From: an uncultured archaeon
Lineage (GTDB): Archaea; Micrarchaeota; Micrarchaeia; Micrarchaeales; CABMGC01
Reading direction: 5' to 3'
NCBI GenBank assembly: GCA_963704435.1
Contig: OY969902.1
Coordinates: 652,544-716,543 of the forward strand
Length of the DNA stretch: 64,000 nucleotides
The notes below the pieces were generated by a model. It was not told the origin of the DNA, ran no database searches, and was given only the letters and a program-made list of their open reading frames with translations. The position numbers were made by a program, and so were the translations under genes. Positions within the stretch are counted from its first letter, which is position 1; each line of letters begins with the position of its first letter. Positions 62,788 through 64,000 of the stretch are shown piece after piece.

Positions 62788-63463
62788 GGGCTCACCTGAA
62801 TCAATAACTTATTATTATCTTGTTCACCTTAATAAATTAGAGGGTTTTGGCTTGGAAAAGAAGAGCGTTATCGAGATTGTCGGGGCAATATTCATAGTCC
62901 TGATATTCCTGACGTCCTATGCCGCGTTCTCGAACTCGAGCACTAACCTGGGCGGAAAGACAACGACGACCGTGCTGGTGCAGACCTACTACGCCACGGC
63001 CCAGGCCAAGGCGAACATAACCTCCTACGGCCAGGTCCTCGCGGTGAACGTCTCGTGCGCGAACGCCACCGGAGTGGAATCCTCCATAAGCAGCCTCCTC
63101 ACGGTCATGGAGAGGAACGGCTCGGTCAGCAACTTCTACTCGCCCAGCCCCGGGCAGATCCTGGTGCAACTGGGCAATTATACCGCATATGGGGCGTATG
63201 CGTACCTCGCGGGCCGCATCGGCGCAGGCGCGTCATGCGCGAGCTTCGCTTCGCAGGCGACAGTGCAGCTGCCGGCCAGCATGCCCTTCCGCATCCCGCT
63301 CGCCAAGTCAACCCTGACCGTGGAGATACCGAGCGGCCAGAGGAGTTTTGTGCTTCCGGTGGTGCTCAGTGCAGGCATGGTCCGGTCCGTGAACGTCTCC
63401 GTAGCCGCGCTCGTCACAGAGACCGGCGCAGTCTACGGCAACATGACAGTCACGAGGGCCTAA
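62777..63463 (+). CDS. Hypothetical membrane-anchored secreted protein
   Basis: TM IVGAIFIVLIFLTSYAAF, then an ectodomain with N-x-S/T sequons. The likely start is the TTG at 62852, because the ATG at 62777 overlaps the FKBP gene start on the other strand. Confidence 0.45.
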   Translation: MKGKGSPESITYYYLVHLNKLEGFGLEKKSVIEIVGAIFIVLIFLTSYAAFSNSSTNLGGKTTTTVLVQTYYATAQAKANITSYGQVLAVNVSCANATGVESSISSLLTVMERNGSVSNFYSPSPGQILVQLGNYTAYGAYAYLAGRIGAGASCASFASQATVQLPASMPFRIPLAKSTLTVEIPSGQRSFVLPVVLSAGMVRSVNVSVAALVTETGAVYGNMTVTRA

Positions 63464-63473
63464 TGGTGGTGGA

Positions 63474-64000
63474 ATGGCTGCGGCGGACAAGACAAGGGAG
63501 GAGATAAGGAAATTCGCGCTGAAGAACGCCACCGACTTCGGCAAGGCCAGCGCCGCCGCGGTGCTCGGCAAGATCCTCGCAGAGAACCCGTCGCTCAGGT
63601 CGGACATCGGCGCCGCAAGGTCCATGGCGGAAGAGATAGTGGGCGAGGTCAATGGCATGACCCATACGGGCATCGAGCGCGCTTTCAAGGCGTACGCGAA
63701 GGAGTTCGAGAGGAAGGCGGAGGAGACCGCCGAGAAGGCGTCGAAGCACAACCTTGCCATCGAAGGCGCGGTGGAGGGCAAGGTCGTGACCAGGTTTCCT
63801 CCAGAGCCTGGCGGCTACATCCATATAGGGAACCTTAAGCAGTGCATGCTCAGCGAAGAGATAGCGAGGATGTACAAGGGCGCCATATACTTATACTTCG
63901 ACGATACGAATCCCGAGAAGTGCAGGCAGGAGTACGTCGACGCGATAAAGGAAGACCTGAAGTGGATGGGCGTGAACTTCGGCAGGGAGTATTACGCCAG
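63474..64000 (+). CDS. gltX: Glutamyl-tRNA synthetase, 5' part (runs off right edge)
   Basis: My translation from the ATG at 63474 gives ...ALKNATDFGKASAAAVLGKIL..., then RFPPEPGGYIHIGNLKQ (HIGH-region variant) and LYFDDTNPEK. Confidence 0.85.
   Translation, partial: MAAADKTREEIRKFALKNATDFGKASAAAVLGKILAENPSLRSDIGAARSMAEEIVGEVNGMTHTGIERAFKAYAKEFERKAEETAEKASKHNLAIEGAVEGKVVTRFPPEPGGYIHIGNLKQCMLSEEIARMYKGAIYLYFDDTNPEKCRQEYVDAIKEDLKWMGVNFGREYYA

Overview
The window is archaeal chromosomal DNA, about 90% coding. By eye most of it is roughly 55-60% GC, with frequent ATA/AGG codons and several TTG/GTG starts. The lineage cannot be named from sequence alone. Two-component signalling, SecDF and non-canonical tRNA introns suggest a euryarchaeal or DPANN-like organism rather than a crenarchaeon.

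**Core content**
- Translation and transcription genes: EF-1alpha-S10, the L1-L10(P0)-L12(P1) operon, NAC, fibrillarin, RtcB, the CCA-adding enzyme, Trm1, TruD, deoxyhypusine synthase, ProRS, the GluRS 5' end, Rpo7, Spt4 and an NMD3-like protein.
- Envelope and transport genes: SecF/SecD, a Zn/Mn ABC transporter, a P-type ATPase, an APC permease, UppP, GGGP synthase and two GT2 glycosyltransferases.
- Six tRNA genes. None encodes a CCA tail. Three are interrupted, each at a different position: Leu-CAA in the T-loop, Ser-CGA in the anticodon stem, and Trp-CCA at the canonical 37/38 site with a 71-nt intron.

**Leads most worth follow-up**
1. A wHTH-REC response regulator ends in a degenerate GGDEF/Palm-like domain (NGDDF).
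2. A small RHH protein and the adjacent CysD-like PP-loop enzyme end in the same peptide, KLRALGY, written with different codons. They sit in a locus bracketed by two Thr-type sulfatase-like paralogs.
3. A 1288-aa surface protein is built of seven YTYNFLVYN modules. It contains a 620-bp stretch repeated without mismatch at a 600-bp offset.
4. An AT-rich islet beside tRNA-Trp is flanked by roughly 59-bp direct repeats. The first repeat copies 14 nt of the tRNA 3' end.
5. An AbiEii-like nucleotidyltransferase gene occupies the slot upstream of L1 where L11 is usually found.
6. MetK is bacterial-type, and P0 lacks its C-terminal stalk tail.

No CRISPR array, rRNA gene or intact mobile element was seen. 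All calls rest on reading the sequence and motifs by eye. No searches or computations were run.
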